Shown: piece after piece, positions 13,325-23,736 of the stretch | Layout of the letters: the number at the start of each line of letters is the position of its first letter | Position numbering within the stretch: position 1 is the first letter of the stretch | Assembly (NCBI GenBank): GCA_017507765.1 | Contig: JAFWAG010000001.1 | Location: 7,013-71,012, forward strand | Length of the DNA: 64,000 bases | Direction: 5' to 3' | Source: Alphaproteobacteria bacterium | GTDB taxonomy: Bacteria; Pseudomonadota; Alphaproteobacteria; CACZRW01 | Made by a program: the position numbers and the translations under genes | The notes under the pieces: generated by a model | The model's database searches: none | Seen by the model: only the letters and a program-made list of their open reading frames with translations | Told to the model about the DNA's origin: nothing

Positions 13325-14320
13325 ATGCACAAAGATTCGGAAAAATCCCAAGAAGACGTATTTGCTTCCATAGATCTGGGAACCAATAATTGCCGACTGA
13401 TGATTGCTAAACCGGCAGGAAACGGCTTTACAATTATTGATTCTTTTTCCCGAATAACCAGACTGGGCGAAGGTATGGTTTCGGATAACCGATTATCAGA
13501 AAAAGCAATCGAGCGAACTTTGGAAGTATTACAAAAATGCGCCCTTAAAATCCAAAAGCACGGTGTCTCTAAATCTCGCTATATAGCTACCGAAGCTTGC
13601 CGCAGAGCAACAAACGGAGAGGACTTTATCAAACGTGTACAGCGAGAAGTCGGGCTGGATTTTGAAATAATCTCCCCTGCCGAAGAATCAAAACTTTCCA
13701 TAAGCGGCTGTATACCTTTGGTAAGGGCAAACGTGAAAAACCTTTTGGTGTTTGATATCGGCGGAGGCTCTTCGGAAGTATCCATATCCAAAATAACCCC
13801 CGAGGGAAATATAATTTTGGAAGGAACGACATCTATTCCTATGGGCGTGTTAACCGTATCCGAAGGATTTACCGGCAACGATATATCCGGAAGAGCAAGG
13901 GATACAATTACGACTAAAGTAAACTCCGCATTGCAGCTTTTTGATGAAGAATACAATATTTCCAACCGACTTGCGGAAGGAAATGTTCAGATGATAGGAA
14001 CCTCCGGTACGGTTACAAGTCTTGGAGCTTTTCATTTAAACCTTATCCGCTATAACCGTAGTGCGGTTGACGGATTGGTGATGACTTATAAAGAAGTCGA
14101 AGATGCCAAAAATAAACTGGAAAAAATGACTAATCTGGAACGGATTGCTCACCCTTGTATCGGACCGCAAAGGGCTGATCTGACTTTGGCAGGCTGTGCA
14201 ATTTTACAGGCTATCTATGAATACTGGAAGCTTGATGAAATTACCGTCGCCGACCGAGGTTTAAGAGAGGGTATCCTTGTCGATTTAATGCGCAAAAATA
14301 AAGGTAAAAATAAAGAATGA
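13325..14320 (+). CDS. Ppx/GppA-family phosphatase (exopolyphosphatase-like)
   Basis: 331 aa. ASIDLGTNNCRLMIA and VFDIGGGSSEV are ASKHA-fold phosphate motifs typical of Ppx/GppA. Confidence 0.8.
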   Translation: MHKDSEKSQEDVFASIDLGTNNCRLMIAKPAGNGFTIIDSFSRITRLGEGMVSDNRLSEKAIERTLEVLQKCALKIQKHGVSKSRYIATEACRRATNGEDFIKRVQREVGLDFEIISPAEESKLSISGCIPLVRANVKNLLVFDIGGGSSEVSISKITPEGNIILEGTTSIPMGVLTVSEGFTGNDISGRARDTITTKVNSALQLFDEEYNISNRLAEGNVQMIGTSGTVTSLGAFHLNLIRYNRSAVDGLVMTYKEVEDAKNKLEKMTNLERIAHPCIGPQRADLTLAGCAILQAIYEYWKLDEITVADRGLREGILVDLMRKNKGKNKE

Positions 14321-15003
14321 AACAAAATCTTGTTACCGGCTCTCGGGTAAAGAAAACTCGGGTAAAAACCGCAAAAGGAAGAATTGCAAGCTCTACACGC
14401 TGGCTTCAGCGGCAGATAAACGACCCTTTTGTATTGGAAGCAAAAAAATTAGGCTATCGAGCGCGCTCGGCTTTTAAAATTATCGAACTTAACGAGCAGT
14501 TCCACTTGTTTAAACCGGGGAAAAAAGTCGTGGATTTAGGGGCTGCTCCCGGAGGTTGGACACAGGTCATCATTGATTTGGTAAGCTCAAAAGCCGAAAA
14601 CCCAAGTGTCGTGGCTTTGGATATTCTGCCTATGGAGCCTTTGCCCGGCGCAAAAATTATTACCATGGACTTTATGGCGGAAGATGCTCCAAAGCTATTA
14701 AAAGAAGCCGCCGGAGGTCCCGTGGACGCCGTGGTAAGCGATATGGCGGCAAACACAACCGGAAACCACGAAGTCGACCATTTGCGAATTATGGCGTTGG
14801 TGGAGGAAGCTTATAACTTTGCCGTTGAAATCTTAAATGAAGGCGGTGCTTTTGTTGCCAAAGTTTTCCAAGGCGGAACAGAGCAAAACCTTTTGGCTCG
14901 CATCAAAAAAGACTTCAAAGAGGTAAAACACGCAAAGCCTGCCGCCAGCAGAAAAGAATCATCAGAGTTTTATATTGTTGCCAAAGGCTTTCGGAAAAAA
15001 TGA
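14317..15003 (+). CDS. rlmE: 23S rRNA (uridine-2'-O)-methyltransferase RlmE/FtsJ
   Basis: 228 aa. RWLQRQINDPFV, YRARSAFKIIELNEQF and VVDLGAAPGGWTQV. Confidence 0.9.
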   Translation: MKQNLVTGSRVKKTRVKTAKGRIASSTRWLQRQINDPFVLEAKKLGYRARSAFKIIELNEQFHLFKPGKKVVDLGAAPGGWTQVIIDLVSSKAENPSVVALDILPMEPLPGAKIITMDFMAEDAPKLLKEAAGGPVDAVVSDMAANTTGNHEVDHLRIMALVEEAYNFAVEILNEGGAFVAKVFQGGTEQNLLARIKKDFKEVKHAKPAASRKESSEFYIVAKGFRKK

Positions 15004-16181
15004 GACCGGAAGCAAGAATCCAAACCGCCGGAGAGATATTTGCTCTGGCTTTTAACCAAAATCTGCCCGCTGACCGTATCATAACCGCAGAAATTAAAAA
15101 ACGCCGCTATATAGGTTCTTCCGACCGGCGGGAAATTACGGCGATGATTTGGAAGGCTTTCCGGAATATCGCCAAAATATCTTTTTCCTTAAAGGCGAAA
15201 AATCTTCCCCTTACCGCCGAAAATATTTTTACTGAATCAATGTATCATTTTGCCGATGATGATTTTCCCGAGTCGGTAAAACTTGAATGTCCGGAGTGGC
15301 TCTGGGACGATTTAAAAGCAAAGTCTGATGACTTGAAAGCTATGCAAAATGAGGCTTTTACCGACTTGCGAGTCAATATCACAAAAACAAATTGTGATAT
15401 TGTTACAAATATGTTCGCAAACGAAGGAATACAGGCGAATCAATGTAACTTTTCCCCCGTGGGAATCCGACTTTTAAAACGCTGCAATCTGCAAGCTTGC
15501 ACTGCGTACAAAACCGGCTTGGTCGAAGTACAGGACGAAGGCTCGCAAATCATATCCCTTATGATTGGAGCCAAGCCAAAAGATAAAATTGTCGATTTGT
15601 GCGCCGGCGGAGGCGGAAAAACTCTGGCGATGTATGACTTAAGCTACAAAAAAGCGGATATAACCGCTTGTGATATTGCTTATGCACGCTTAAAACAGCT
15701 GCAAACCAGAGCCAAACGAGCCGGATTTACCGGAATTAACACTCATGTTTTAACCAACGACTATGAACCTTGGCTGTCTTTAAATGCCGGAACTTTTGAT
15801 TTGGTGGTTATTGATGCTCCGTGTTCGGGAACGGGAACGTGGAGACGAGCCCCAGATGCCAAATGGCGGTTAACCAAAAAGCAAACCGATTTTTACGAAC
15901 AAACCCAACAAGAGATTTTAACCAGAGGGGCAAAATTAGTGAAAAAAGGCGGAAGGCTCGTTTATATTACCTGTTCTTTGCGAGAAGCGGAAAATGAAAA
16001 GCAATTTACAGATTTTCTGCAAAAGCATGATGCCTTTAAACCGGTTTTAAATCTTGGCAATCGCTTTAAAGAATTAACAGGAAAAGACTTTGCCGGATAT
16101 GAAGGCGAAGGCTTTTTATATCTTTCCCCTGCCCGCCTTGCCACAGACGGTTTTTTCTTTGCCGAAGCGGTATATTCATAG
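15000..16181 (+). CDS. RsmB/NOP2/Sun-family RNA cytosine-C5 methyltransferase
   Basis: 393 aa. VQDEGSQ, VDLCAGGGGKT, IDAPCSGTGTWRRAPD and YITCSL catalytic-cysteine motifs. Confidence 0.75.
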   Translation: MRPEARIQTAGEIFALAFNQNLPADRIITAEIKKRRYIGSSDRREITAMIWKAFRNIAKISFSLKAKNLPLTAENIFTESMYHFADDDFPESVKLECPEWLWDDLKAKSDDLKAMQNEAFTDLRVNITKTNCDIVTNMFANEGIQANQCNFSPVGIRLLKRCNLQACTAYKTGLVEVQDEGSQIISLMIGAKPKDKIVDLCAGGGGKTLAMYDLSYKKADITACDIAYARLKQLQTRAKRAGFTGINTHVLTNDYEPWLSLNAGTFDLVVIDAPCSGTGTWRRAPDAKWRLTKKQTDFYEQTQQEILTRGAKLVKKGGRLVYITCSLREAENEKQFTDFLQKHDAFKPVLNLGNRFKELTGKDFAGYEGEGFLYLSPARLATDGFFFAEAVYS

Positions 16182-16268
16182 GGTTAGGTAATATCTTTTC
16201 TCTTGTATATTTTCGGAAAAAAGGCTTTTATATCCGTCTTACAGTTTTATTTCTAAGGAGAAAAAAAA

Positions 16269-16844
16269 ATGCCAGAATTAAAAGGTTCAGAAACAGAAAA
16301 AAATATTCTGAAAGCTTTTGCCGGCGAGTCGCAGGCTCGTAACCGTTATACTTATTTTGCCAGTGTGGCAAAAAAAGAAGGCTATGAACAAATCGCTGCG
16401 GTTTTCACAACTACCGCTGATCAGGAAAAAGAACACGCCAAACGCTTGTTCAAGCTTTTGGAAGGCGGCGAAGTAGAAATTACCGCTTCTTTCCCTGCCG
16501 GAAAAATCGGTACAACCTTGGAAAACCTTGGTGAAGCAGCAGCCGGTGAAAATTATGAACACACCGATATGTATCCTTCCTTTGCCGAAGTTGCAGAGAA
16601 AGAAGGCTTTACCGATATCGCCAATATCTTCCGCAATATCGCAGTTGCCGAAAAAGCTCACGAAGACAGATACCTTGCCTTAGCCGCTAATATCGAAGGC
16701 GGGCGTGTATTTAAACGTGACGGAAAAGTATGGTGGCAGTGCCGTAACTGCGGATTTACCGTTGAAGCTTCACAAGCTCCGGAAAAATGTCCTGCTTGTG
16801 CGCACCCGCAGGCTTATTTCGAACTGCAAGCCAAAAACTGGTAA
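16269..16844 (+). CDS. rbr: rubrerythrin
   Basis: 191 aa with a ferritin-like diiron domain ([31 protein letters not shown]) and a C-terminal rubredoxin-like CRNCG...CPACAHP. Confidence 0.9.
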   Translation: MPELKGSETEKNILKAFAGESQARNRYTYFASVAKKEGYEQIAAVFTTTADQEKEHAKRLFKLLEGGEVEITASFPAGKIGTTLENLGEAAAGENYEHTDMYPSFAEVAEKEGFTDIANIFRNIAVAEKAHEDRYLALAANIEGGRVFKRDGKVWWQCRNCGFTVEASQAPEKCPACAHPQAYFELQAKNW

Positions 16845-16860
16845 TTTCCAGATTTTCTTA

Positions 16861-16899
16861 AAGACCTTCCGAAGCGTTTTAACCTTTGGAAGGTTTTTG
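16861..16899 (+). terminator. rho-independent terminator after rubrerythrin
   Basis: ACCTTCC (16864-16870) pairs with GGAAGGT (16888-16894) and is followed by TTTTT. Confidence 0.6.
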
Positions 16900-16917
16900 T
16901 ATGCTCCCTCTTAACTA

Positions 16918-16946
16918 TTGACAAATTATTAGACAGCGTGTATTAT
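16918..16946 (+). promoter_or_regulatory. near-consensus sigma-70 promoter
   Basis: TTGACA (16918-16923), a 17-nt spacer, then TATTAT (16941-16946). AAGGAGG follows and sits 7 nt before the ATG at 16976. Confidence 0.6.
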
Positions 16947-16975
16947 GGTAAGTAACTCTGAAAAGGAGGTGCGAA

Positions 16976-17212
16976 ATGTTAGATAGTATTATGGAGAAAA
17001 ATCCTACAGCAGAAGTTTGCGGCGTTATTGCTGCTGCCTTACTGGTTAAAACCATAACCGTAGAGGCTTTGGAGTTTGCTGCTTTTTCGCTTTCTCCGCA
17101 AATGACCCTGCTTGCCGGAGGCGTAACTTTACTGGGAGTTATTGCCGCCAGTAAGATTAAAGACAGATTAGCGGCGTTGAAATGTGCGCCGGAGAAAGTA
17201 CTTTCTCGGTAA
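16976..17212 (+). CDS. small hydrophobic protein (78 aa), unknown function
   Basis: Strong SD (AAAAGGAGGTG), a consensus promoter upstream and two Ala/Leu/Gly-rich hydrophobic segments. I recognise no family. Confidence 0.45.
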   Translation: MLDSIMEKNPTAEVCGVIAAALLVKTITVEALEFAAFSLSPQMTLLAGGVTLLGVIAASKIKDRLAALKCAPEKVLSR

Positions 17213-17239
17213 ACTGGCACAAAGGAAAAGGCTAACGTT

Positions 17240-18301
17240 ATGGCGGTATCTGAACAAATCAAAAAGAAAGCTGAGTATGATGCCGCTATTGCTTTGAACG
17301 GTTGGCTGAGAATATTCGCCTCTAATTCGGGGAATCCTATCCACGGTAATAACCAAGCCATTGCTAAAAGGCAGCTTATGCGCCTTGATGCTTTTTTGGG
17401 GGCTTATGCAAGGCCATATCATATCAAAGATTGGCAACTGCGAATGGAAAGAAGAAAAGCTTTTATGGCTCAGACTATTACAATGGGCGGGAAAAGCTTA
17501 AATCCTTTTGAATATGCTTTGAAATATGCTCCCAAAGATACGGTTCCTTTAATTCTTGACCGTTTCACCGATGACTATACTTATGTATGCACAAGTACGG
17601 TAGCTCAGAAAATGGCAAAAAATCCCGAACTTAAACAATTGATGTTAAGCAGGATTGCCACCAATTTTTATTTTAAGGGGCAAAGTATTTCCGAATGGTA
17701 TAATCAGGAACGCTTGGCAAAAATTATCAGCCACTTTCCGGAAATAATCCATAAGCCCATGCCAAACCGAAACGAACAAAACTTTGGTTCGTATCTGTTA
17801 AGTATAAAAACTTGCGACCCGTTTGTATTCTTTAACGAAGCAATTAAAAAAAGCCGTATTACTCCGGTTCGGTTCTTGGAATTCGTAGCGGAAAACAATC
17901 CCGAATATATGGCAAAAGCCGTGGAAAACACCGCTTCCCGCTATAAAGTCAAAGCCAAACAACAAGAACAGATAGACTTTTTAAGTAATTTAGCAACAGT
18001 TTATCCTCATTTCACTTATGACATTGTTACGTCTTTTATGAAGACTTCTTCTTATCCGGCAAAAGAAACTTTCCCCGAAGAAGTATTGCTTAAATCTTCC
18101 GAATTAATCGAAAACAGCGGAGTGGAAAGCTTTTTGCAATCCGCCTATGCCTATACCGATACCAGAGGAGCTACGGAAAAAGAAAAGCTGCTTCAACGGA
18201 CTTATGCTACAGTTTTAGACGGCAACGAAGGAAAGGGTTATGAAAAACTGATGCGGCTTTCCCTTATCGCCAATTATTCCAGTCCCAAACGGGCGTTTTA
18301 A
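17240..18301 (+). CDS. hypothetical protein (353 aa), predicted all-helical, no recognisable motif
   Basis: Long clean ORF 27 nt after the small ORF, with no signal peptide or TM segment. I cannot assign it to any family. Confidence 0.6.
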   Translation: MAVSEQIKKKAEYDAAIALNGWLRIFASNSGNPIHGNNQAIAKRQLMRLDAFLGAYARPYHIKDWQLRMERRKAFMAQTITMGGKSLNPFEYALKYAPKDTVPLILDRFTDDYTYVCTSTVAQKMAKNPELKQLMLSRIATNFYFKGQSISEWYNQERLAKIISHFPEIIHKPMPNRNEQNFGSYLLSIKTCDPFVFFNEAIKKSRITPVRFLEFVAENNPEYMAKAVENTASRYKVKAKQQEQIDFLSNLATVYPHFTYDIVTSFMKTSSYPAKETFPEEVLLKSSELIENSGVESFLQSAYAYTDTRGATEKEKLLQRTYATVLDGNEGKGYEKLMRLSLIANYSSPKRAF

Positions 18302-18793
18302 TCAGCCGCCCTTACTGCGGTTAAGTAAAAGCCGTTGTTTATCACGGTTCCAATCTCTGTCTTTTTCGGTCTGACGTTTATCAAAGTTTTTCTTACCCGT
18401 TGCCAAAGCAATTTCAAGCTTGGCAATTCCTCGGTCATTAAAATACAAAGATACTGGCACTATCGTATAGCCTTTTTTGGCGACTGCGCCCAACAGCTTT
18501 TCCAATTGCTTTTTATGCAAAAGCAAACGGCGGGGGCGAGTCGGCTTATGCTGAAAAAAGCTGCTGCCGGAATATTCCTGAATATTGGCGTTAACCAGAA
18601 AAAGACCGCCGTCTTCCGCCGAAACATAAGCTTCGGTAATGCTGGCATGACCTTCCCGTAATGACTTTACTTCCGAGCCAAGCAAAGCCAAACCGGCTTC
18701 AAACTTTTCTTCCAAAAAGAAGTTAAAGCTCGCTTTTTTGTTGCGGGCAACTGTTCCGGTCGTGATTAACGATTTACGTTTTTTATCAGCCAA
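18302..18793 (-). CDS. smpB: SsrA-binding protein
   Basis: 163 aa. ARNKKASFNFFLEEKFEAGLALLGSEVKSLREG and the C-terminal basic tail. Confidence 0.95.
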   Translation of the reverse strand: MADKKRKSLITTGTVARNKKASFNFFLEEKFEAGLALLGSEVKSLREGHASITEAYVSAEDGGLFLVNANIQEYSGSSFFQHKPTRPRRLLLHKKQLEKLLGAVAKKGYTIVPVSLYFNDRGIAKLEIALATGKKNFDKRQTEKDRDWNRDKQRLLLNRSKGG

Positions 18794-19664
18794 GCAAACC
18801 TACCTTTTCCAATGCGGATTTTACTTCCTGTTTGGATTTTTCACTGATTTCCCATAAAGGCTGACGCATCTGCGCCGAACACAAGCCAAGCAGGCTTAAC
18901 GCATATTTTGCCGGTCCGGGATTGGTTTCCGTAAACATGGCAACGTGTAAAGGCATAAGCTTGTCCCGAAGTTCGGATACTTTGGCAAAATCACCGCTCT
19001 GCCAAGCTTTGTGCAAATCCGCACACATACGAGGAGCAACGTTGGAAGTTACCGATACACAGCCGTCTCCGCCTTGGGCAAGGAATGCAACTACCGTTGC
19101 GTCTTCACCGGAAAGCTGGCAAAAATCTTTTTTGGCAACCGCTAAACGAGTCTTTACCGGACGGGACAAATCATTCGTTGCATCTTTTATGCCGACTATT
19201 CTTGGCAATTCGGCTAAACGAGAGACGGTATCAATACTGATATCAATGCCAGTACGACCAGGAACCGTGTACATAATTATCGGCAGGTTTACCGCATCGT
19301 GAACCGCTTGGTAATGATGGAACAAAGCTTCCTGAGGAGGCTTGTTATAATAAGGCGTAACAAGCATTAAACCGTCTACGCCAAGCTTAGATATCTCCTT
19401 TGCCATATGCACAGACTTTTCCGTGCTGTTCGACCCTGCTCCTGCCAAAACCGGAATGCGGCCACGGACAGTTTCAACACACAGTTTTACCGTGTCCAAA
19501 TGTTCGGCTTCGGATAAAGTCGGAGTTTCACCCGTTGTGCCGCAGACAACCAATCCGTCGGTTCCGGCTTCTATCTGACGCTCGACTAAGCTTCGGAAGG
19601 CTTCTTTATCTATCCCCCCGTCGCAAAAAGGCGTTATCAAAGCCGTAAAAGAACCCTTAAACAT
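18786..19664 (-). CDS. dapA: 4-hydroxy-tetrahydrodipicolinate synthase
   Basis: 292 aa. FKGSFTALITPF, VVCGTTGE and YNKP, with the Schiff-base lysine context IVGIKDAT. Confidence 0.95.
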   Translation of the reverse strand: MFKGSFTALITPFCDGGIDKEAFRSLVERQIEAGTDGLVVCGTTGETPTLSEAEHLDTVKLCVETVRGRIPVLAGAGSNSTEKSVHMAKEISKLGVDGLMLVTPYYNKPPQEALFHHYQAVHDAVNLPIIMYTVPGRTGIDISIDTVSRLAELPRIVGIKDATNDLSRPVKTRLAVAKKDFCQLSGEDATVVAFLAQGGDGCVSVTSNVAPRMCADLHKAWQSGDFAKVSELRDKLMPLHVAMFTETNPGPAKYALSLLGLCSAQMRQPLWEISEKSKQEVKSALEKVGLLG

Positions 19665-19754
19665 TTAATCCCCCGTTAATGAACTTTAAATCTTGTTGCG
19701 CTTAGAATAGTCTCTTTACTTGCTATTACAATAATATTTTACATAAAAGATAAG

Positions 19755-21716
19755 ATGAAAAAACGCTTCGGAACGCTTTTGGGATTATTTATGCTTACTG
19801 CTTTTGCGGCTAAAGCCGAATATATCCTGCCCGAAGAAGCAGACGTATATCGGCAAGCAATTCAAGATACAGCCGAGCAAAAGTGGGATTTTCCCAAAAT
19901 CATTGAAGGAAACGGCGTCAATACCGTTTTAAATAAATACCTTTTGTGGCAAAGAATGCTCTGCCCTTCGGCAAAGGCTTCTTTTTACGAATTGACAGAG
20001 TTTATCAAAGATAATCCGTCGTGGCCGCAATTACAGCTTATCAGCAAAAATGCCGAGACCGCTATTAACCAAGACGTTGATACAGATGATATCCGCCTAT
20101 GGTTTAAAATGTATCCTCCGCTGACTACGAACGGAATGATTACCTATGCCAAGATTTTAAAAGCCGACGGGAAAGAACAGGAATATCGAGACTTAATCCG
20201 TAAAACTTGGCTGGAAAGCGATTTTTCTTTTTCCGAAGAAAAGGCTTTCTTACAAAAATATAAAAAGATTCTGCGCAATAAAGACCATGCCAAACGCTTT
20301 AACCGGCTTTTATGGAACCGGAGATTGGTGCAAGCCAAAAGTGTTTTAAAGCTGCTAAAAGGTGAAGAAAGAAAACTTGCCGAAGCCCGCTATGCTTTAG
20401 CAACCAAAAACAAACCATCGAAAGCTTTGGCTGCTCTTCCCCCAAAACTACAGGTATCTCCGGAAGTTTTGTATGAAAGGGTAAGGTATCGGCGAGGACA
20501 AAACGATTATTCCGGAATGATAAAACTGATAAAAAAGCCCTCCTTCGGCAAAGGCGGATACGAAGCAAAATGGTGGAATGAAATGTATCGGGCAACCTTA
20601 TACCTTTTGGATAAAGGCAAGTATACCGAAGCTTATCGTTTGGTTGCCCACCACCCTTTTCCCAAAGGCTCGACTTCTTATCCCCAAGCAGAATGGATAA
20701 GCGGTTGGATTGCTTTACGCTTTAACAAAAAACCGGATACCGCTTTGAAACATTTTACGGCTTTGCAAAAAAATGTCTCTAAGCCGATAAGCAAAGCTAA
20801 AGCTTTATACTGGCTCGGCCGTACTTATGAAGCGAAGAAAATGCCGGAAGAAGCAAAGAAATATTATCGTAAGGCGGCGGCTTTTATTACTTCTTTTTAC
20901 GGTCAGCTGGCGGCGGAAAAAGTAAATCCAAAGATATTGCCGCCGTTGCCAAACCCGCCAAAAGTTTCACCGGAACAGCAAGAAAGCTTGCAAAACAATG
21001 AACTTATCCAAACCTTAACAAGTCTGGAAAATATTACCTCTGTACCGGAAAGCAAAACTTTGGCTATCCGCACTTTTTATACCCTCAAAACTGCCGGAGA
21101 AGTAAAAGAGTTGGCGAAAACTCTGGATAATCTTAACCGGCCGGATATTATTGTGCCGATTGCCAGAGCCGCACGGCAGAAAAATATGGAAATAGGCAGC
21201 ATAGGATATCCTCGGATAAATATTCCCGAACACGAAGAAGTGGAAGAAGCTTTGGTGCTTGCCATAATCCGCCAAGAAAGCAGCTTTAATCCCAAAGCCG
21301 TCAGTCCGGTCGGTGCGCATGGAATGATGCAAATAATGCCTTCCTTAGCCCAGAAAATCAGCGGAGACACTAAATACGCCTTTAAGAAAGAACGACTGCT
21401 TACCGATAAGGATTATAATATCAAGCTTGGTATCAAGCATCTGGAACAACTTTTGAAAACTTATAAGGGATATTATATTCCGGTTATTGCTGCCTATAAT
21501 GCCGGAGAGCCTGCCGTCAACCGTTGGCGGAAACTGCGGGGAGATATATGGCAAAGCGATGATGACGATAAAATCATCGACTGGATAGAGTTTATTCCGT
21601 ATGAGGAAACCCGCAATTATGTCCAGCGAGTTTTGGAAAACCTTTATATGTATCGCCGGTTAATAAAAAAACAATCGCCGATAGGAAAATGGGATAATCA
21701 TAAGGCTGAAAGCTAA
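19755..21716 (+). CDS. slt: soluble lytic murein transglycosylase (Slt70-like)
   Basis: 653 aa with a signal peptide, a long helical superhelix domain and a C-terminal SLT domain (AIIRQESSFNPKAVSPVGAHGMMQIM, AAYNAG). Confidence 0.85.
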   Translation: MKKRFGTLLGLFMLTAFAAKAEYILPEEADVYRQAIQDTAEQKWDFPKIIEGNGVNTVLNKYLLWQRMLCPSAKASFYELTEFIKDNPSWPQLQLISKNAETAINQDVDTDDIRLWFKMYPPLTTNGMITYAKILKADGKEQEYRDLIRKTWLESDFSFSEEKAFLQKYKKILRNKDHAKRFNRLLWNRRLVQAKSVLKLLKGEERKLAEARYALATKNKPSKALAALPPKLQVSPEVLYERVRYRRGQNDYSGMIKLIKKPSFGKGGYEAKWWNEMYRATLYLLDKGKYTEAYRLVAHHPFPKGSTSYPQAEWISGWIALRFNKKPDTALKHFTALQKNVSKPISKAKALYWLGRTYEAKKMPEEAKKYYRKAAAFITSFYGQLAAEKVNPKILPPLPNPPKVSPEQQESLQNNELIQTLTSLENITSVPESKTLAIRTFYTLKTAGEVKELAKTLDNLNRPDIIVPIARAARQKNMEIGSIGYPRINIPEHEEVEEALVLAIIRQESSFNPKAVSPVGAHGMMQIMPSLAQKISGDTKYAFKKERLLTDKDYNIKLGIKHLEQLLKTYKGYYIPVIAAYNAGEPAVNRWRKLRGDIWQSDDDDKIIDWIEFIPYEETRNYVQRVLENLYMYRRLIKKQSPIGKWDNHKAES

Positions 21717-21730
21717 GCTTATGCTTATAC

Positions 21731-23026
21731 CTATACGCCAAGAACCCGCTTGAAAACGGCGTCAATGTTCCTGATATAATAAGCAGGATTAAAAAGCTCG
21801 GCTATCTCATCTGGGCTTAGAATATCCGTTACCTGAGTATCTTGGAGCAAGATGTCTTGGAAGTTGCCTTCTCCGTGCCAGACTTTCATGGCGGCACCCT
21901 GCACAAGCTTATACGCATTGTCTCTGAGCATTCCTTTATCCACCAAAGCAAGCAAAACTCTTTGCGAATAAACCAGACCCTTTTGCAGATTGATGTTGGC
22001 AAGCATACGCTCTTTATTAACTTGCATACCGTTTAAAACTTCCGCTAAACGATTAAGGGCAAAATCAAGCGTAATCGTAGCGTCAGGAGCAATTACTCTT
22101 TCCACCGAAGAATGGGAAATATCCCGCTCATGCCACAAAACAACGTCCTCCAAAGCAGGAGTTACCGCCGAACGAACCAAACGGGCAAGACCGGTAAGGT
22201 TTTCACATAAAACCGGATTGCTTTTATGCGGCATGGCCGAAGAACCTTTTTGTCCGACATGGAAAAACTCGGAAGCTTCGCCGACTTCCGTCCGTTGCAA
22301 GTGGCGGATTTCCGTTGCCAGTCTTTCTATGGAGCTGGCAATTACGCCCAAAGTCGCAAAGAACATAGCATGACGGTCGCGAGGGATAACTTGGGTGGAA
22401 ACAGGTTCGGGTAACAAGCCCATTTTATCCGCTACATACTGTTCTATAAACGGTTCAAGGTTGGCAAAATTGCCGACTGCGCCGGAAATGGCGCAAACAG
22501 ATACTTCTTCCTGTGCTTTGCGCATACGTTCAAAATTGCGGGCAAACTCTGTGTAATAGCCAAGAAGCTTAAAACCGAAAGTAGTCGGCTCGGCGTGCAT
22601 TCCGTGCGTGCGCCCCATACATAAAACGTCCTTATATTCAATCGCTTTATGGCGCAACGTTTCCATAACTTTTAAAATATCGGCGGTTAAAATATCTCCG
22701 GCAGCTTTTAACTGGGCGCAAAGAGCCGTATCCAAAACGTCGGTGGAAGTCATGCCTTGATGAAGATAACGGCTCGCATCGCCGATATTCTCGCTTACGT
22801 TGGAAAGAAAGGCGATAAACTGATGACGGGTTTGATTTTCAATCTCCTCAATCCTTTCCAAAGAAAACTTCCCTTTTTCCCAGATTTCTTTGGCGGCGGC
22901 TTTGGGAATAACACCCCTTTCGGCCAAGGCGTCGCAAGTATGCGCTTCGATTTCAAAACAAAGGCGGAAAAAGTTTTCCATGCTCCATAACGAAACCATT
23001 TCCGGACGTGAATAACGGGTAATCAT
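21731..23026 (-). CDS. purB: adenylosuccinate lyase
   Basis: 431 aa. MITRYSRPEM, the fumarate-lyase signature GSSAMPHKSNP, and TSTDV. Confidence 0.95.
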   Translation of the reverse strand: MITRYSRPEMVSLWSMENFFRLCFEIEAHTCDALAERGVIPKAAAKEIWEKGKFSLERIEEIENQTRHQFIAFLSNVSENIGDASRYLHQGMTSTDVLDTALCAQLKAAGDILTADILKVMETLRHKAIEYKDVLCMGRTHGMHAEPTTFGFKLLGYYTEFARNFERMRKAQEEVSVCAISGAVGNFANLEPFIEQYVADKMGLLPEPVSTQVIPRDRHAMFFATLGVIASSIERLATEIRHLQRTEVGEASEFFHVGQKGSSAMPHKSNPVLCENLTGLARLVRSAVTPALEDVVLWHERDISHSSVERVIAPDATITLDFALNRLAEVLNGMQVNKERMLANINLQKGLVYSQRVLLALVDKGMLRDNAYKLVQGAAMKVWHGEGNFQDILLQDTQVTDILSPDEIAELFNPAYYIRNIDAVFKRVLGV

Positions 23027-23721
23027 CAGTTGTCCTCCGACAGAGTTTGTTTCAAAAATGCGGTTGCCGCCAGTATCGTATCATAATCTATGGTATGTCC
23101 CATTTCCGGAACGGCTTTAACCGTCAAAGGAACACCGGCTTCTTCCAAAGCTTTTACCGTACTTAGGAAACTGTGGCGAGGTAATACTTCATCTTCCAAG
23201 CCATAAGTAAATAAGACCGGAGGCTTGGAACGAAGCTCATCGGCAAGAGGAAGCTCGGTCATAGTTGAAAAGCCTATAATTCCGGCCAGACTTTCCGAAC
23301 GCATAAGTCCGGCGTATAAAGCAAGTATGCCGCCTTGGGAAAAGCCGCCAAGAACAACATCGCTCGCAGAAAGTCCGGTATCCGCAATGATTTTATCCGT
23401 TAATTCATTTATGTATAACGCCGCTTTATGAATATCCGGTCGCATCAATTCCGTAATTTCTTGCAATTTTTCCGGTGTAGATATGGTGATTTCTTCCAAA
23501 TGCTCCAAAGGAAACCACTGCCTGCCAATAGAATAACACGGAACCGGACTGGGCGCATCGGGACAATAAAAAGCAACTTCGGGAAGCTTGGGCGCAAAGT
23601 AATTGACCAATCCCATCATGTCGTCCGAGTCGGCGCCAAAACCATGAAGCAAAATAACGGCTTTACTTACTTTTTCCGGAACGTAAGAATTAGATATCAG
23701 CAAATCTTCTTTTGAAAGCAT
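23026..23721 (-). CDS. alpha/beta hydrolase, phospholipase/carboxylesterase family
   Basis: 231 aa. LLHGFGADSDD, the nucleophile elbow GFSQGG, and a C-terminal His (MGHTI). Confidence 0.75.
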   Translation of the reverse strand: MLSKEDLLISNSYVPEKVSKAVILLHGFGADSDDMMGLVNYFAPKLPEVAFYCPDAPSPVPCYSIGRQWFPLEHLEEITISTPEKLQEITELMRPDIHKAALYINELTDKIIADTGLSASDVVLGGFSQGGILALYAGLMRSESLAGIIGFSTMTELPLADELRSKPPVLFTYGLEDEVLPRHSFLSTVKALEEAGVPLTVKAVPEMGHTIDYDTILAATAFLKQTLSEDN

Positions 23722-23736
23722 GAAAGTTTCCTTGGC

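Noticed and set aside
16915-17437. 148-aa and 89-aa minus-strand ORFs overlapping the orphan operon
   Set aside because: The plus strand has a consensus promoter, a strong SD and a coherent two-gene layout. The minus-strand ORFs have no start signals.
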